Source of the DNA: Rickettsia typhi
Lineage (GTDB): Bacteria > Pseudomonadota > Alphaproteobacteria > Rickettsiales > UBA1997
Assembly: GCA_945862075.1 (NCBI GenBank)
Contig: CAMAWV010000004.1
Coordinates: forward strand, 1 to 51,420
DNA length: 51,420 bases
Reading direction: 5' to 3'
Part shown: positions 1 through 9,924 of the stretch, piece after piece
Layout: each line of letters starts with the position of its first letter
Position numbering within the stretch: position 1 is the first letter of the stretch
Program-made: the position numbers and the translations under genes
The notes under the pieces: model-generated
Seen by the model: only the letters and a program-made list of their open reading frames with translations
Told to the model about the DNA's origin: nothing
Databases searched by the model: none

Positions 1-1
1 T

Positions 2-1495
2 CAAAATATTTCTTTTCACGAAATTGCCCGACGAATTAAAAAAAATTTTCAACCAACAAATTGCCTTTGTGCCAACAACGATGCCGATGCAGAAAAAAAT
101 CAAATTTTGTTAAATACCTTAGAAGATAGCAATAACCCAATTCGAGCAATTTTTGCTGTGCATAAATTAAACGAAGGCTGGGATGTGTTAAATTTGTTTG
201 ATATTGTTCGGCTTTACGAAAAAACCGATGGCAAAGCAGAAAAGCCAAGCAAAACAACTATCGCCGAAGCTCAATTAATTGGCAGAGGAGCCAGATATTT
301 TCCGTTTATTTTACAAGAAGGGCAAGATAAATTTACTCGAAAATTTGACAACGACACCGCCAACAATTTACGAGTTTTAGAAGAGCTTTTTTATCATACC
401 AAACAAGAAAGCGAATACATAAGAGAACTAACAACAGCCATGGTTGAAATGGGGCTTTACACAGATAACTTAATTAGCAAAAAACTCATTTTAAAAGAAA
501 AATTTAAAAACACCGATTTTTATAAAAATGCTAAAGTTGTGGTGAATAAAAAAATTGCTAAAGATTATTATTATGTTAAATCTTTTAACGATTTAGGAGT
601 AATGAAAAAAAATTTTACTTATCAATTATCTTCTGCTTTTGGCAGTAAAATTACAGTTTTTAATCATCAACTTGAAATTGCCGAAGCAAAACAGCATAAA
701 AGCATCAGTTTTAGTGAAATTCCAAAAAATATTATACAATTTGCTTTGGCAAAAAATAAATTTTTTGATTTTAATAATTTAAGCAAAATTTTTAAAAACA
801 TCTTTGCAACTTCCGATTTTATTAATAACCCAAATTATCTTGGTGGATTGATGATTGATTTTACAGGATTGCCAGAGAGATTAAAACTTATTACTAACAA
901 CGATTATTTATTAGCAGTGCAACAAGTTTTATCATTAATAGAAACCGAAATTCAAAACAACAGCACAAAATTTACCGCTTCTGATTATTATTTTGTTAAA
1001 TTAAAAGATATTTTTAAAGATAAAGAAATTAGAATTGAAAAAAATTCAGAAAGAGCAGATGGGCAAGAAAACTTTTTACTCGATAAAAATTGGTATGTTT
1101 ATAATGCCAACTACGGCACCAACGAAGAGAAGGCTTTTATTGAAATGTTTAGCAAAAAATTTGCCGATTTACAAGCAAAATTTAGTAATATTTACATTAT
1201 TAGAAACGAAAGAGAATTAAAAATTTATAATAAATTAGGGCAAGCTTTTGAGCCAGATTTTTTACTATTGTGTGAAAAAAAAGAACAATCATTAACATAT
1301 CAAGTTTTTATTGAGCCAAAGGGCAATCATTTAAAACAAAACGATCAATGGAAAGAAGATTTTTTACTAGAAATCGCCGATAAAAAACAGATCATTACAA
1401 TTTTTACCGATCGCTATGTTGTTACAGGTTTGCCATTTTATAATCAGTTAAACGAAAATGATTTTAAACAGAAGTTAGAAAACTGCTTGATGTAA
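2..1495 (+). CDS. Type III restriction enzyme Res subunit, 5'-truncated by window edge (SF2 helicase C-terminus + PD-(D/E)xK nuclease)
   Basis: Frame is open from base 2. Motifs IFAVHKLNEGWDV and EAQLIGRGARYFPF (helicase motifs V/VI) and C-terminal FEPDF...FIEPKG are typical of type III Res proteins. Confidence 0.85.
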   Translation, partial: QNISFHEIARRIKKNFQPTNCLCANNDADAEKNQILLNTLEDSNNPIRAIFAVHKLNEGWDVLNLFDIVRLYEKTDGKAEKPSKTTIAEAQLIGRGARYFPFILQEGQDKFTRKFDNDTANNLRVLEELFYHTKQESEYIRELTTAMVEMGLYTDNLISKKLILKEKFKNTDFYKNAKVVVNKKIAKDYYYVKSFNDLGVMKKNFTYQLSSAFGSKITVFNHQLEIAEAKQHKSISFSEIPKNIIQFALAKNKFFDFNNLSKIFKNIFATSDFINNPNYLGGLMIDFTGLPERLKLITNNDYLLAVQQVLSLIETEIQNNSTKFTASDYYFVKLKDIFKDKEIRIEKNSERADGQENFLLDKNWYVYNANYGTNEEKAFIEMFSKKFADLQAKFSNIYIIRNERELKIYNKLGQAFEPDFLLLCEKKEQSLTYQVFIEPKGNHLKQNDQWKEDFLLEIADKKQIITIFTDRYVVTGLPFYNQLNENDFKQKLENCLM

Positions 1496-1566
1496 AAAAT
1501 CATTTAAAATATCTGTTTATTTTTAGAAATCAATGAAAAAAGTTGTTTGTTTTTTAAATAAAGTTC

Positions 1567-1594
1567 TTGCTTGTTAAATTTTTATTTTTATAAT
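1567..1594 (+). promoter_or_regulatory. Putative sigma70 promoter for rplU-rpmA
   Basis: TTGCTT-16 nt-TATAAT ending 35 bp upstream of the rplU ATG; AT-rich background weakens the call. Confidence 0.4.
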
Positions 1595-1629
1595 TTTAGC
1601 ATTATTTTTAATTAAAATTTTCAAAAATT

Positions 1630-1944
1630 ATGTTTGCAATAGTTGAAATTCAAGGTAAACAATATCGGGTATCTCCTCAACAAAAAATCATTGTCGATAA
1701 ACAAAACCATGATGTTGGCTCTAAAATTACCATTAACAATGTTTTATTAATTGGCACTTCTGATAACCAAACAATTTTTGGATCTCCTTATGTTTCTTCT
1801 GCATCGGTTGAAGCAGAGGTTTTAAAGAAATTCAAAGGCGATAAAGTAATTTCTTTTAAGAAAAGAAGAAGACAAAACTCACGCCGAAAAAAAGGGCATC
1901 GTCAAAATCATACTTTATTACAAATTACTGCAATTAATAACTAA
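1630..1944 (+). CDS. rplU: 50S ribosomal protein L21
   Basis: MFAIVEIQGKQYRV...FKKRRRQNSRRKKGHRQ; adjacent to rpmA. Confidence 0.98.
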   Translation: MFAIVEIQGKQYRVSPQQKIIVDKQNHDVGSKITINNVLLIGTSDNQTIFGSPYVSSASVEAEVLKKFKGDKVISFKKRRRQNSRRKKGHRQNHTLLQITAINN

Positions 1945-1963
1945 AAATTAATTCTAAAAAACT

Positions 1964-2221
1964 ATGGCAACAAAGAAAGCGGGCGGTAGTTCCCGAAATG
2001 GTCGAGATTCTGCAGGTCGTAGGCTCGGCATTAAAAAATTCGGCGGTCAATTAGTGATTGCTGGCAATATCATTCTTCGTCAAAGAGGCACCAAATGGCA
2101 TCCTGGTGAAAATGTTGGCATCGGTAAAGATCACACTATTTTTGCCAAAATTGATGGCATTGTTAAGTTTATAAAAAGTGCTCACAAAAATAGAACTTTT
2201 GTAACAGTTATTTCTGCTTAA
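1964..2221 (+). CDS. rpmA: 50S ribosomal protein L27
   Basis: [22 protein letters not shown]...[10 protein letters not shown]. Confidence 0.99.
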   Translation: MATKKAGGSSRNGRDSAGRRLGIKKFGGQLVIAGNIILRQRGTKWHPGENVGIGKDHTIFAKIDGIVKFIKSAHKNRTFVTVISA

Positions 2222-2245
2222 GTTTTAATATCTTAAGCTCACAAT

Positions 2246-2665
2246 ATGCTAGCTCCTTTTCATTTAGCTATACCAGTATCTTGCTTAACAAAAGCAAACG
2301 ATTTTTACGGTGATTTGCTTGGCTTAAAAAAAGGTAGGCAGTCACAATTTTGGATAGATTGGAATTTTTTTGGTCATCAATTAGTAACTCATCTAAAACC
2401 AAATTCTAATACTACTATCACAAATTTAGTTGATGGTCATCAAGTGCCAGTTCCTCATTTTGGAGTGGTTTTAGCATGGCAAGATTGGCATAACTTCGCT
2501 AATTATTTGCAACAAAAAAACCTAGAATTTGTCATTGAGCCCTATATTCGTTTTAAAAATCAAGTTGGTGAGCAAGCGACTATGTTTTTTTATGACTATT
2601 GTGGCAATGCTTTAGAATTCAAATCTTTTAAAGATATAAATCAATTATTTGCAACACTTCCCTAA
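2246..2665 (+). CDS. VOC family protein (glyoxalase/bleomycin resistance/dioxygenase)
   Basis: [46 protein letters not shown]. Confidence 0.88.
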   Translation: MLAPFHLAIPVSCLTKANDFYGDLLGLKKGRQSQFWIDWNFFGHQLVTHLKPNSNTTITNLVDGHQVPVPHFGVVLAWQDWHNFANYLQQKNLEFVIEPYIRFKNQVGEQATMFFYDYCGNALEFKSFKDINQLFATLP

Positions 2666-2694
2666 AAAAACTAGCAAAAGTAAATAAATTTGCT

Positions 2695-4056
2695 ATGCAA
2701 CAATCTTCTAATCTCAAAAATACCATTTTTGCTCCAATAACTTCTATACATTCTTCGGCAGTAACTGTTATTAGAATTTCTGGCTCAAAAACCAAATATT
2801 GCCTAAATGCTTTAGGTATCAAAAATAACCTCAATCCTCGGCAAATTTCGTTGCAAAAAATAATTATTAATCAAAATTTAATAGATGAAGCATTAATAGT
2901 GTTTTTTAATGCTCCTAATAGCTTTACAGGAGAAGATATTGCTGAAATAAGCATTCATTCTTCACCATTTATTTTGCAACAAATAACTTCTTGTCTACTT
3001 ACTATTCCTAGTGTTTTTCTTGCCTTGCCAGGTGAGTTTTCAAAACAAGCTTTTTATAATAACAAACTCGATTTAGTGCAAGCCGAAGCAATTGTTGATT
3101 TAATAAATAGCGAAACCGCTATACAACATCAGCAAGCTTTAAATCAAATGAGAGGGGGGTTAAGTACTATATATTTTCAATGGAGGCAAAATTTATTAGA
3201 AATTAGTTCTTTACTTACCGCCATCATTGATTTTCCAGAAGATGATTTACCGCAAGAGTTACAACAAAATATTGACCAACAAATACACCATTTAACATCT
3301 AACATTCAAGATCATCTAAACGATAATTTAATTGGGCAAAAAATTAAAGATGGTTTAAGTTTAGCAATTATAGGCTCTCCAAATGTTGGCAAATCTAGCT
3401 TAATAAATCATTTATCAAATAGCGAAGTTGCTATTGTCTCTCCTTATGCCGGAACTACTCGCGATGTTATTGAAGTGCATTTACATATTGCAGATATTAT
3501 GGTAAAAATAGCCGATACTGCTGGCATTAGAAATAGCAAAAATGCTATCGAAAAAATTGGCATTACCAAATCTTTACAAAAAGCCAAAACTTCTGATCTT
3601 AAAATATTAGTTCTTGATGCTACCAATCCTAAATTACCTAAAAATTTCACTAGCGAATTTTTGCCAAAAAATACCTTAATTGTAATTAATAAAATTGATC
3701 AAGAAAAATCGTATAAATTAATGAAGATTTTATCTTTATTACAAAAAAAACAATTCGATGTAATTGAAATTTCTTTGTTACAAAATATCAATATTCTTAA
3801 TCTTAAACAATCTTTACATCATAAAGTAAAAAATATTATTCCTAGCACTTGTAATAATTTAATTACTAATCAAAGATACCGCTTAGCTTTGCAAAATACT
3901 TTACAAGCTTTACAAAATTTTTGTTTATTACCTTATCCAGAAATTGCTTTTGAAAATTTAAGAATTGCTAGCAACGAACTTGGTTTTATTACTGGCAAAA
4001 TTACCAACGAAAATTTATTAGATCAGATTTTTACTAAATTTTGCATCGGAAAATAA
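2695..4056 (+). CDS. mnmE: tRNA modification GTPase MnmE (TrmE)
   Basis: VIRISG, PNSFTGED, GSPNVGKSS, GTTRD, DTAG, NKID and C-terminal FCIGK. Confidence 0.97.
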   Translation: MQQSSNLKNTIFAPITSIHSSAVTVIRISGSKTKYCLNALGIKNNLNPRQISLQKIIINQNLIDEALIVFFNAPNSFTGEDIAEISIHSSPFILQQITSCLLTIPSVFLALPGEFSKQAFYNNKLDLVQAEAIVDLINSETAIQHQQALNQMRGGLSTIYFQWRQNLLEISSLLTAIIDFPEDDLPQELQQNIDQQIHHLTSNIQDHLNDNLIGQKIKDGLSLAIIGSPNVGKSSLINHLSNSEVAIVSPYAGTTRDVIEVHLHIADIMVKIADTAGIRNSKNAIEKIGITKSLQKAKTSDLKILVLDATNPKLPKNFTSEFLPKNTLIVINKIDQEKSYKLMKILSLLQKKQFDVIEISLLQNINILNLKQSLHHKVKNIIPSTCNNLITNQRYRLALQNTLQALQNFCLLPYPEIAFENLRIASNELGFITGKITNENLLDQIFTKFCIGK

Positions 4057-4086
4057 AAAAAACTTCATTATAAGTTTAAAAAATAC

Positions 4087-4114
4087 TTGACCTTATAATA
4101 TTAAGTTTTAAAAT
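4087..4114 (+). promoter_or_regulatory. Putative sigma70 promoter for rpsL-rpsG
   Basis: TTGACC-16 nt-TAAAAT upstream of rpsL. Confidence 0.4.
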
Positions 4115-4171
4115 AATATTAAATTTTTCTAATTAAAACATTAGCATTGCTATGTTTTGTTTTTTATTTAT

Positions 4172-4543
4172 ATGCCTACAATTAATCAATTAATAAGAAA
4201 ACCAAGGGTTAAACAAACAGCAAAAAACAAAGTTCCTGCTATCAGTTCTTGCCCACAAAAAAGAGGTGTTTGCACTAGAGTCTATACAACCACTCCAAAA
4301 AAACCAAATTCTGCCTTGAGAAAAGTTGCTAGAGTAAAACTTACAAATGGTTTTGAAGTTATCGCTTATATTCCAGGCGAAGGTCATAATTTACAAGAAC
4401 ACTCTGTTGTAGCAATACGTGGCGGAAGGGTAAAAGATTTACCAGGTGTTCGCTATCATATTGTGCGAGGTTCTCTCGATACTCAAGGTGTAAAAAATCG
4501 TAAACAAGCCCGTTCTAAATACGGTGCTCAAAAACCTAAATAA
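4172..4543 (+). CDS. rpsL: 30S ribosomal protein S12
   Basis: [10 protein letters not shown]...[13 protein letters not shown]...[10 protein letters not shown]; start placed at ATG 4172 rather than TTG 4157. Confidence 0.99.
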   Translation: MPTINQLIRKPRVKQTAKNKVPAISSCPQKRGVCTRVYTTTPKKPNSALRKVARVKLTNGFEVIAYIPGEGHNLQEHSVVAIRGGRVKDLPGVRYHIVRGSLDTQGVKNRKQARSKYGAQKPK

Positions 4544-4569
4544 ATCTTTAAACAATCATTTATAATTTT

Positions 4570-5037
4570 ATGAGAAGAAGAGCTGCCAAAATCAGAAAAA
4601 TTTTCCCAGATGCAAAATACAAAGAAGTAATAGTATCTAGATTTGTTAATCGCTTAATGAACGACGGCAAAAAATCAGTAGTTGAAAAAGCCATTTATGA
4701 TGCTTTTAGCGATCTCGAAAAAAAATTAAAGAGATCTCCTATCGATATTTTTAAAGAAGCTCTTGAAGTTATTACTCCAAAAATCGAGGTTCGTTCACGT
4801 AGAATAGGTGGTGCAACCTATCAAATTCCTGTTGAGGTTTCTGCAAGAAGAGGTTCTGCTCTTGCTTTAAAATGGTTAAAAATTTCTATCGAAAATATCA
4901 AAGGGCGTAAACTATCTAATAAGGTTGTCTCTGTAATTCTTGATTCCCTAGAAAATAAAGGTTGGGCCGCCAAGAAAAAAGAAGAAGTATTCAAAATGGC
5001 TGAAGCAAACAAAGCCTTCGCACACTATCGCTGGTAA
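4570..5037 (+). CDS. rpsG: 30S ribosomal protein S7
   Basis: EVRSRRIGGATYQIPVEV, MAEANKAFAHYRW. Confidence 0.98.
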   Translation: MRRRAAKIRKIFPDAKYKEVIVSRFVNRLMNDGKKSVVEKAIYDAFSDLEKKLKRSPIDIFKEALEVITPKIEVRSRRIGGATYQIPVEVSARRGSALALKWLKISIENIKGRKLSNKVVSVILDSLENKGWAAKKKEEVFKMAEANKAFAHYRW

Positions 5038-5055
5038 TTTTATTTTTTATTTCTT

Positions 5056-5106
5056 AAAAAAGCTATTTTGTTGATATTAAAATTAACAAAATAGCTTTTT
5101 TGTTTT
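5056..5106 (+). terminator. Intrinsic terminator after rpsG
   Basis: Perfect 17-bp inverted repeat AAAAAAGCTATTTTGTT (5056-5072) / AACAAAATAGCTTTTTT (5085-5101) ending in a T-run. Confidence 0.75.
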
Positions 5107-5202
5107 AAAAAATAAATTTTTTAGTGGGTTGTAAATGCTATCACTTTTTAGTTGAAATTACATTATAATATTCTAATATTTTAGCAATTTTAATTTAATT
5201 TT

Positions 5203-6054
5203 ATGAATTTTACATCACAGCAAAAACAAACATCTACTTGGTTTTTAGAGCTACGCAATAAAATATGTGCCGAATTTGAGTTAATAGAGCAAGAGTTTTC
5301 TGGCAATAATGATGCTAAATTTCAAAAAAAACCTTGGCAAAGATTCGATGAAACCACAAAGCAAAATGGTGGTTATGGCGAAATGTCGGTTATGAAAGGT
5401 AAAGTTTTTGAAAAGGTTGGGGTTAATTTTTCAGAAGTTTTTGGCAAGTTTAGCGATAAATTCAAGCACGAAATTCCTGGTGCCGAAGCTGATCCTACTT
5501 TTTGGGCCTCTGGCATTTCTTTGGTTGCACATATGTCTTCGCCACTTGTACCTGCGGTGCATCTAAACACTCGCTTTATCTGCACTACAAAAAGCTGGTT
5601 TGGAGGCGGTGCCGATTTAAACCCTGCCCTACCTAACGAGCAAGATACTCTTGATTTTCACCAAACAATGCAACAAGCTTGCAACAAAACCGATATTAAC
5701 TATTACGATAAATTTAAAAAATGGTGCGACGAATATTTTTTTATCAAACATCGCAATGTGGCACGCGGGGTTGGTGGTATTTTTTACGACTACCTAAACA
5801 CTAATAATTTTGAAAACGATTTCACTTTTACTAAAAATGTTGGACTGGCTTTTTTAGATATTTTTCCAAAAATAGTTCGACGAAATATGCATCTTGCCTA
5901 CAACGAAACTCAAAAACATCAACAACTCTGCTATCGTGGGCTTTATGCCGAATTTAACCTAATTTACGATCGTGGCACCCGTTTTGGTTTATTAACCAAC
6001 GGCAACCCCGAGGCAATTTTAATGTCTTTGCCACCTATGGCTGTATGGCAATAA
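5203..6054 (+). CDS. hemF: Oxygen-dependent coproporphyrinogen III oxidase
   Basis: VFEKVGVNFS, WFGGGADL, FKKWCDEYF, RGVGGIFYD, EFNLIYDRGTRFGL, ILMSLPP. Confidence 0.97.
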   Translation: MNFTSQQKQTSTWFLELRNKICAEFELIEQEFSGNNDAKFQKKPWQRFDETTKQNGGYGEMSVMKGKVFEKVGVNFSEVFGKFSDKFKHEIPGAEADPTFWASGISLVAHMSSPLVPAVHLNTRFICTTKSWFGGGADLNPALPNEQDTLDFHQTMQQACNKTDINYYDKFKKWCDEYFFIKHRNVARGVGGIFYDYLNTNNFENDFTFTKNVGLAFLDIFPKIVRRNMHLAYNETQKHQQLCYRGLYAEFNLIYDRGTRFGLLTNGNPEAILMSLPPMAVWQ

Positions 6055-6066
6055 TTAACAACAACT

Positions 6067-6780
6067 ATGCAAAAAACACATAAAATTTACGAAGGTAAGG
6101 CAAAAATAATTTATGCCACAGAAAATCCTGAAATATTAATACAATATTTTAAAGATTCTGCTACCGCTTTTAATGGAGTAAAAAAGGCCGAAATTTTTGG
6201 CAAGGGCGAGCTTAACAATGCTATTTCTGCCTACATTATGAACGAACTGGCAAAACATCGCATCGCAACTCATTTTATTGAAAAACTAAACAATAAAGAG
6301 CAGTTAATTAAAAAAGTAAGCATCATTCCGCTAGAAGTTATCATGCGCAACACCATTGCTGGTTCGCTGGCAAAAAAACTAAACCTTGCCGAAGGAGTTG
6401 ATTTGCCTCATCCTATTTTTGAAATTTGCTACAAAAACGATGCCCTTGGCGACCCGCTAATTAACGAAGATCAGGCAGTTTATGCCCTAAAATTAACTAC
6501 CCAAGAGCATTTAGCCACAATTAAAGCAACAGCACTAAAAATTAACAGCATTTTACAAAAACTTTTTACAGAAATCAATATTAAGCTAGTTGATTTTAAA
6601 ATAGAGTTTGGCTACGATTTAAACCAAAATATTCTTTTGGCCGACGAAATCAGCCCCGATAGTTGCCGATTATGGGATTTAACCACTTCACAAAAACTCG
6701 ACAAAGATATTTTTCGGCAAGATTTGGGCAGTTTAGTTGATGGCTACCAAGAAATTATCAATCGTTTTTTTAAAAAATGA
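6067..6780 (+). CDS. purC: SAICAR synthetase
   Basis: YEGKAK, FKDSATAFNG, IPLEVIMRN, LVDFKIEFG, LADEISPDSCRLWD, DKDIFR. Confidence 0.98.
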   Translation: MQKTHKIYEGKAKIIYATENPEILIQYFKDSATAFNGVKKAEIFGKGELNNAISAYIMNELAKHRIATHFIEKLNNKEQLIKKVSIIPLEVIMRNTIAGSLAKKLNLAEGVDLPHPIFEICYKNDALGDPLINEDQAVYALKLTTQEHLATIKATALKINSILQKLFTEINIKLVDFKIEFGYDLNQNILLADEISPDSCRLWDLTTSQKLDKDIFRQDLGSLVDGYQEIINRFFKK

Positions 6781-7754
6781 CACAGCCAAGACAAGAAAAA
6801 GATCAAGAAATAGAAAATTGTATAAAAAATTTTCTTACAAAAAACAAAATATGTTTCACACAACCAGAAAAAGAACCTCAAAAAGATGGTAAAAAAACAC
6901 CTGATTTTTTATTGCCAGAGCATAAAATTCTTATTGAATGCAAACATCATAACACTCAATCTACAGAACAAAAACATTTAGACCTTGTTGATAACATTAG
7001 AAAAAAAATTGAAGAAAAAACAAAAGATATAAGAAAACAATGTGCAATTAGAAGGTTTGAAATTAAATACAATGAAAATTTTGACAAAATCAAGAGCATC
7101 ACAGAAGATACAACAAAGTTTGATGAAATAATAAATGAAATAATTAAACAAATAGAACAAAAAACAAAATTAATAGCAGAAGAATACAAAAGCGAAGAAA
7201 TAAACATAATTATACCGATAAAGAATGAAAATATCCATCTAAATATATTTTTTTCTATTCAGAAAGTAAATCAAAAAACAACATCAATATCAATAACAAC
7301 AAGATGTAAAGCATTTTGGGCATCAATTAAAGATTCAAATCTTAGCAAAGAATTAAATGACAAATATAAAAAATATAAAAACTCTCATACTGATTATAAA
7401 CAAATTTTAGCTTTTTCTTGCGATGATTATAGTTATCATGCTTATGGTTTAAGGAATAACGAAATAGAAAACGAAATAGAAAACGAAATAGAAGATGGAG
7501 ACTTCACAAAATTTCAAAAAAACCTTTTTCAAGAAAAAGATAAATTACTGGCTATAATTCTTTTTTTCAATAATCACGAAGAAAATAATGAAACATTTAA
7601 AATAGGTTGCATTCTTTCTCCAGATAAAATTATCACTAGTAAAAAACCACAAGTAGCAAACGAAAACACGAAGATAAACAATACGAAACAACAAGATATT
7701 TTAAAATTATTTGCAGATAATTTTGATGTTGCTTTTTCTAAAAATGAAAATTAA
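6777..7754 (+). CDS. Hypothetical protein, probable PD-(D/E)xK nuclease
   Basis: N-terminal E..IKNFL helix followed by KTPDFLLPEHKILIECK (PD-x9-ExK); very A-rich coding, unlike its neighbours; ATGA overlap with purC. Confidence 0.55.
   Translation: MTQPRQEKDQEIENCIKNFLTKNKICFTQPEKEPQKDGKKTPDFLLPEHKILIECKHHNTQSTEQKHLDLVDNIRKKIEEKTKDIRKQCAIRRFEIKYNENFDKIKSITEDTTKFDEIINEIIKQIEQKTKLIAEEYKSEEINIIIPIKNENIHLNIFFSIQKVNQKTTSISITTRCKAFWASIKDSNLSKELNDKYKKYKNSHTDYKQILAFSCDDYSYHAYGLRNNEIENEIENEIEDGDFTKFQKNLFQEKDKLLAIILFFNNHEENNETFKIGCILSPDKIITSKKPQVANENTKINNTKQQDILKLFADNFDVAFSKNEN
7458..7493 (+). repeat. In-frame 12-bp tandem repeat x3 (AACGAAATAGAA; NEIE x3)
   Basis: Three perfect copies read directly from the sequence. 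Confidence 0.9.
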
Positions 7755-7784
7755 AATTTATAATAACAAAACTCTTTAAACTCT

Positions 7785-8033
7785 ATGACTAAAATCAGAA
7801 TTAATATTGCTTTAAAAAAAGGGGTGCTCGATACTCAAGGCAAAGCAATTGAAAATGTTTTAAACAAAAATTTAGACTACCCTCAACTAAATAATGTAAG
7901 GCAAGGCAAATTTGTTGAACTTGAGCTACCCGAAACCAATGCCGAACAAATCAAAAAAATTGTCGAAGAAATTTGTACAAAATTGCTAGTTAATACAGTA
8001 ATTGAAACCTACACTTATCAAATTATTAACTAA
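7785..8033 (+). CDS. purS: FGAM synthase subunit PurS
   Basis: LKKGVLDTQGKAI, VRQGKFVEL, KLLVNTVIETY. Confidence 0.96.
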   Translation: MTKIRINIALKKGVLDTQGKAIENVLNKNLDYPQLNNVRQGKFVELELPETNAEQIKKIVEEICTKLLVNTVIETYTYQIIN

Positions 8034-8035
8034 TT

Positions 8036-8725
8036 ATGAAATCAGCGGTAATCACTTTTCCTGGCTCTAACTGTAATCAAGATGCCGTTATGGCTTTAAA
8101 AAAAGTTGGCTTTGAGGTGCAAGAAATTTGGCATGCCGAAACCTCAATAAACAACAACATCGATCTCATTATTATTCCCGGAGGTTTTTCATATGGCGAC
8201 TACCTGCGTAGCGGGGCTATGGCAAGTATTTCGCCCATTATGCAAGAAGTAAAAAGGTTAGCAGAAAGAGGCAACAAAATTTTAGGCATTTGCAATGGTT
8301 TTCAGATCTTAACCGAAAGCAACTTGCTTGAAGGTTGCCTAATTCGTAATGCTTCTGGCAAATTTATTTGCAAGCAAACTTTACTTCGAGTTGAAAATAA
8401 CACTTCTGCTTTTACTTGCAATTACAAAAAACAACAAATAATTAACATACCAATCGCCCATGCCGACGGCAATTTTTTTGCCAGCAACGATACCATAAAA
8501 AATCTTGAAGATCAAAATCTAGTAGCTTTTCGTTATGTCGATGATGTAGGAAATGTAAGCAATCAAGCTAATCCTAATGGCTCTATGCTTAATATTGCAG
8601 GTATTTTTAACAAACAAAAAAATGTACTTGGTTTAATGCCTCATCCAGAAAGAGCTATCGATATATACACTGGCTCTACTGATGGCTTGGTAATGTTTGA
8701 AGGGTTATTAGAAGGTTTTAATTAA
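8036..8725 (+). CDS. purQ: FGAM synthase glutaminase subunit PurQ
   Basis: FPGSNC, PGGFSYGDYLRSG, GICNGFQIL, GLMPHPER. Confidence 0.98.
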   Translation: MKSAVITFPGSNCNQDAVMALKKVGFEVQEIWHAETSINNNIDLIIIPGGFSYGDYLRSGAMASISPIMQEVKRLAERGNKILGICNGFQILTESNLLEGCLIRNASGKFICKQTLLRVENNTSAFTCNYKKQQIINIPIAHADGNFFASNDTIKNLEDQNLVAFRYVDDVGNVSNQANPNGSMLNIAGIFNKQKNVLGLMPHPERAIDIYTGSTDGLVMFEGLLEGFN

Positions 8726-8731
8726 TTTTAA

Positions 8732-9337
8732 ATGACTAAAAAAATCAACATCGCTATTTTAATTTCTGGCACTGGAAGCAATATGCAAGCTTTGGTTAAT
8801 GCCTGCAACTCACCTAATTTTCCTGCAAATGTAGTGCTTGTTATTGCCAATAAACCAACATCGGTAGGGCTTGCTTGGGCAAAAAAGCAAGGGTTAAACA
8901 CTGTGCTTATCGATTCTGCTAAATTTACTTTAAAAGCAAATTCTCGCTTGGCTTTTGAACAAGAACTGCAAAATGTTTTAGAAAAATTTCAGGTTGAGTT
9001 AATTTGTTTGGCTGGTTTTATGCGATTATTAACAGGCTGGTTTATAGAGCAATGGCCACAAAAAATCATTAATATTCACCCTTCTTTACTGCCTAATTTT
9101 AAAGGGGCTAATGCAGTTTTTGATGCCTTGCAAGCCAAAGCTTCATTAACTGGCTGCACCACTCATTTTGTAGTAGAAGAAATGGATGCAGGGCCAATAA
9201 TTTTACAAAAATCTGTGCCAATTAACCCAAGCGATAATCTAGAATCTTTAAAATCTAAAATTTTACAACAAGAACATCAAATTTATCCAGAAACTGTAAA
9301 AATTGTTTGCAATAAAATTTTAGATAAAATAAAATAA
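8732..9337 (+). CDS. purN: Phosphoribosylglycinamide formyltransferase
   Basis: ILISGTGSN, LAGFMRLL, INIHPSLLP, MDAGPII. Confidence 0.97.
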   Translation: MTKKINIAILISGTGSNMQALVNACNSPNFPANVVLVIANKPTSVGLAWAKKQGLNTVLIDSAKFTLKANSRLAFEQELQNVLEKFQVELICLAGFMRLLTGWFIEQWPQKIINIHPSLLPNFKGANAVFDALQAKASLTGCTTHFVVEEMDAGPIILQKSVPINPSDNLESLKSKILQQEHQIYPETVKIVCNKILDKIK

Positions 9338-9360
9338 TTTCAAATTTATATTTTTTATCC

Positions 9361-9924
9361 ATGACAACACCTCTGCCTTTAATCATCTATCCAAACCCAA
9401 TATTAAAGCAAAAATCACAACCAGTTCTTGAGATAAACCAAGAAATAAAAGATTTAACAGAAAGAATGTTTAGCACAATGTATCAAGAAGGCGGTATTGG
9501 GCTAGCTGCTGTGCAAGTTGGAGTGTTAAAAAGAATAATTGTTTGCGATTTAACCTATAAAATTAAAAACCATCATCACCATCATCATCACGAAAATTGC
9601 CATCATGATCTTGAAATTATTAATTCGAATAAACAATGTTTTATAAATCCAATAATTATAAACTCTTCTCACGAAACTTTTGTTTGTCAAGAAGGTTGCT
9701 TATCTTTTCCAGATATTAGAGCCGATGTTATTCGGCCAAAAACAGTTGTTGTTTCTTATTTAAATCTAGATGGCAATCAACAAGAAATAGAGCTCACCAA
9801 TTTAGCTTCTACTTGTATTCAGCACGAAATAGATCATCTAAACGGTGTTGTTTTTGTTGATTACTTATCTAAACTAAAAAAAGATATTCTTCTTAAAAAA
9901 CTTCTTAAAAATGGCAAATTATAG
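9361..9924 (+). CDS. def: Peptide deformylase with His-rich loop insertion
   Basis: GIGLAAVQVG, EGCLS and QHEIDHLNG motifs intact. Confidence 0.96.
   Translation: MTTPLPLIIYPNPILKQKSQPVLEINQEIKDLTERMFSTMYQEGGIGLAAVQVGVLKRIIVCDLTYKIKNHHHHHHHENCHHDLEIINSNKQCFINPIIINSSHETFVCQEGCLSFPDIRADVIRPKTVVVSYLNLDGNQQEIELTNLASTCIQHEIDHLNGVVFVDYLSKLKKDILLKKLLKNGKL

Noticed and set aside
554-581. dif site (perfect XerD arm TTATGTTAAAT at 571-581)
   Set aside because: The XerC arm does not match and the site lies within the Res coding sequence.
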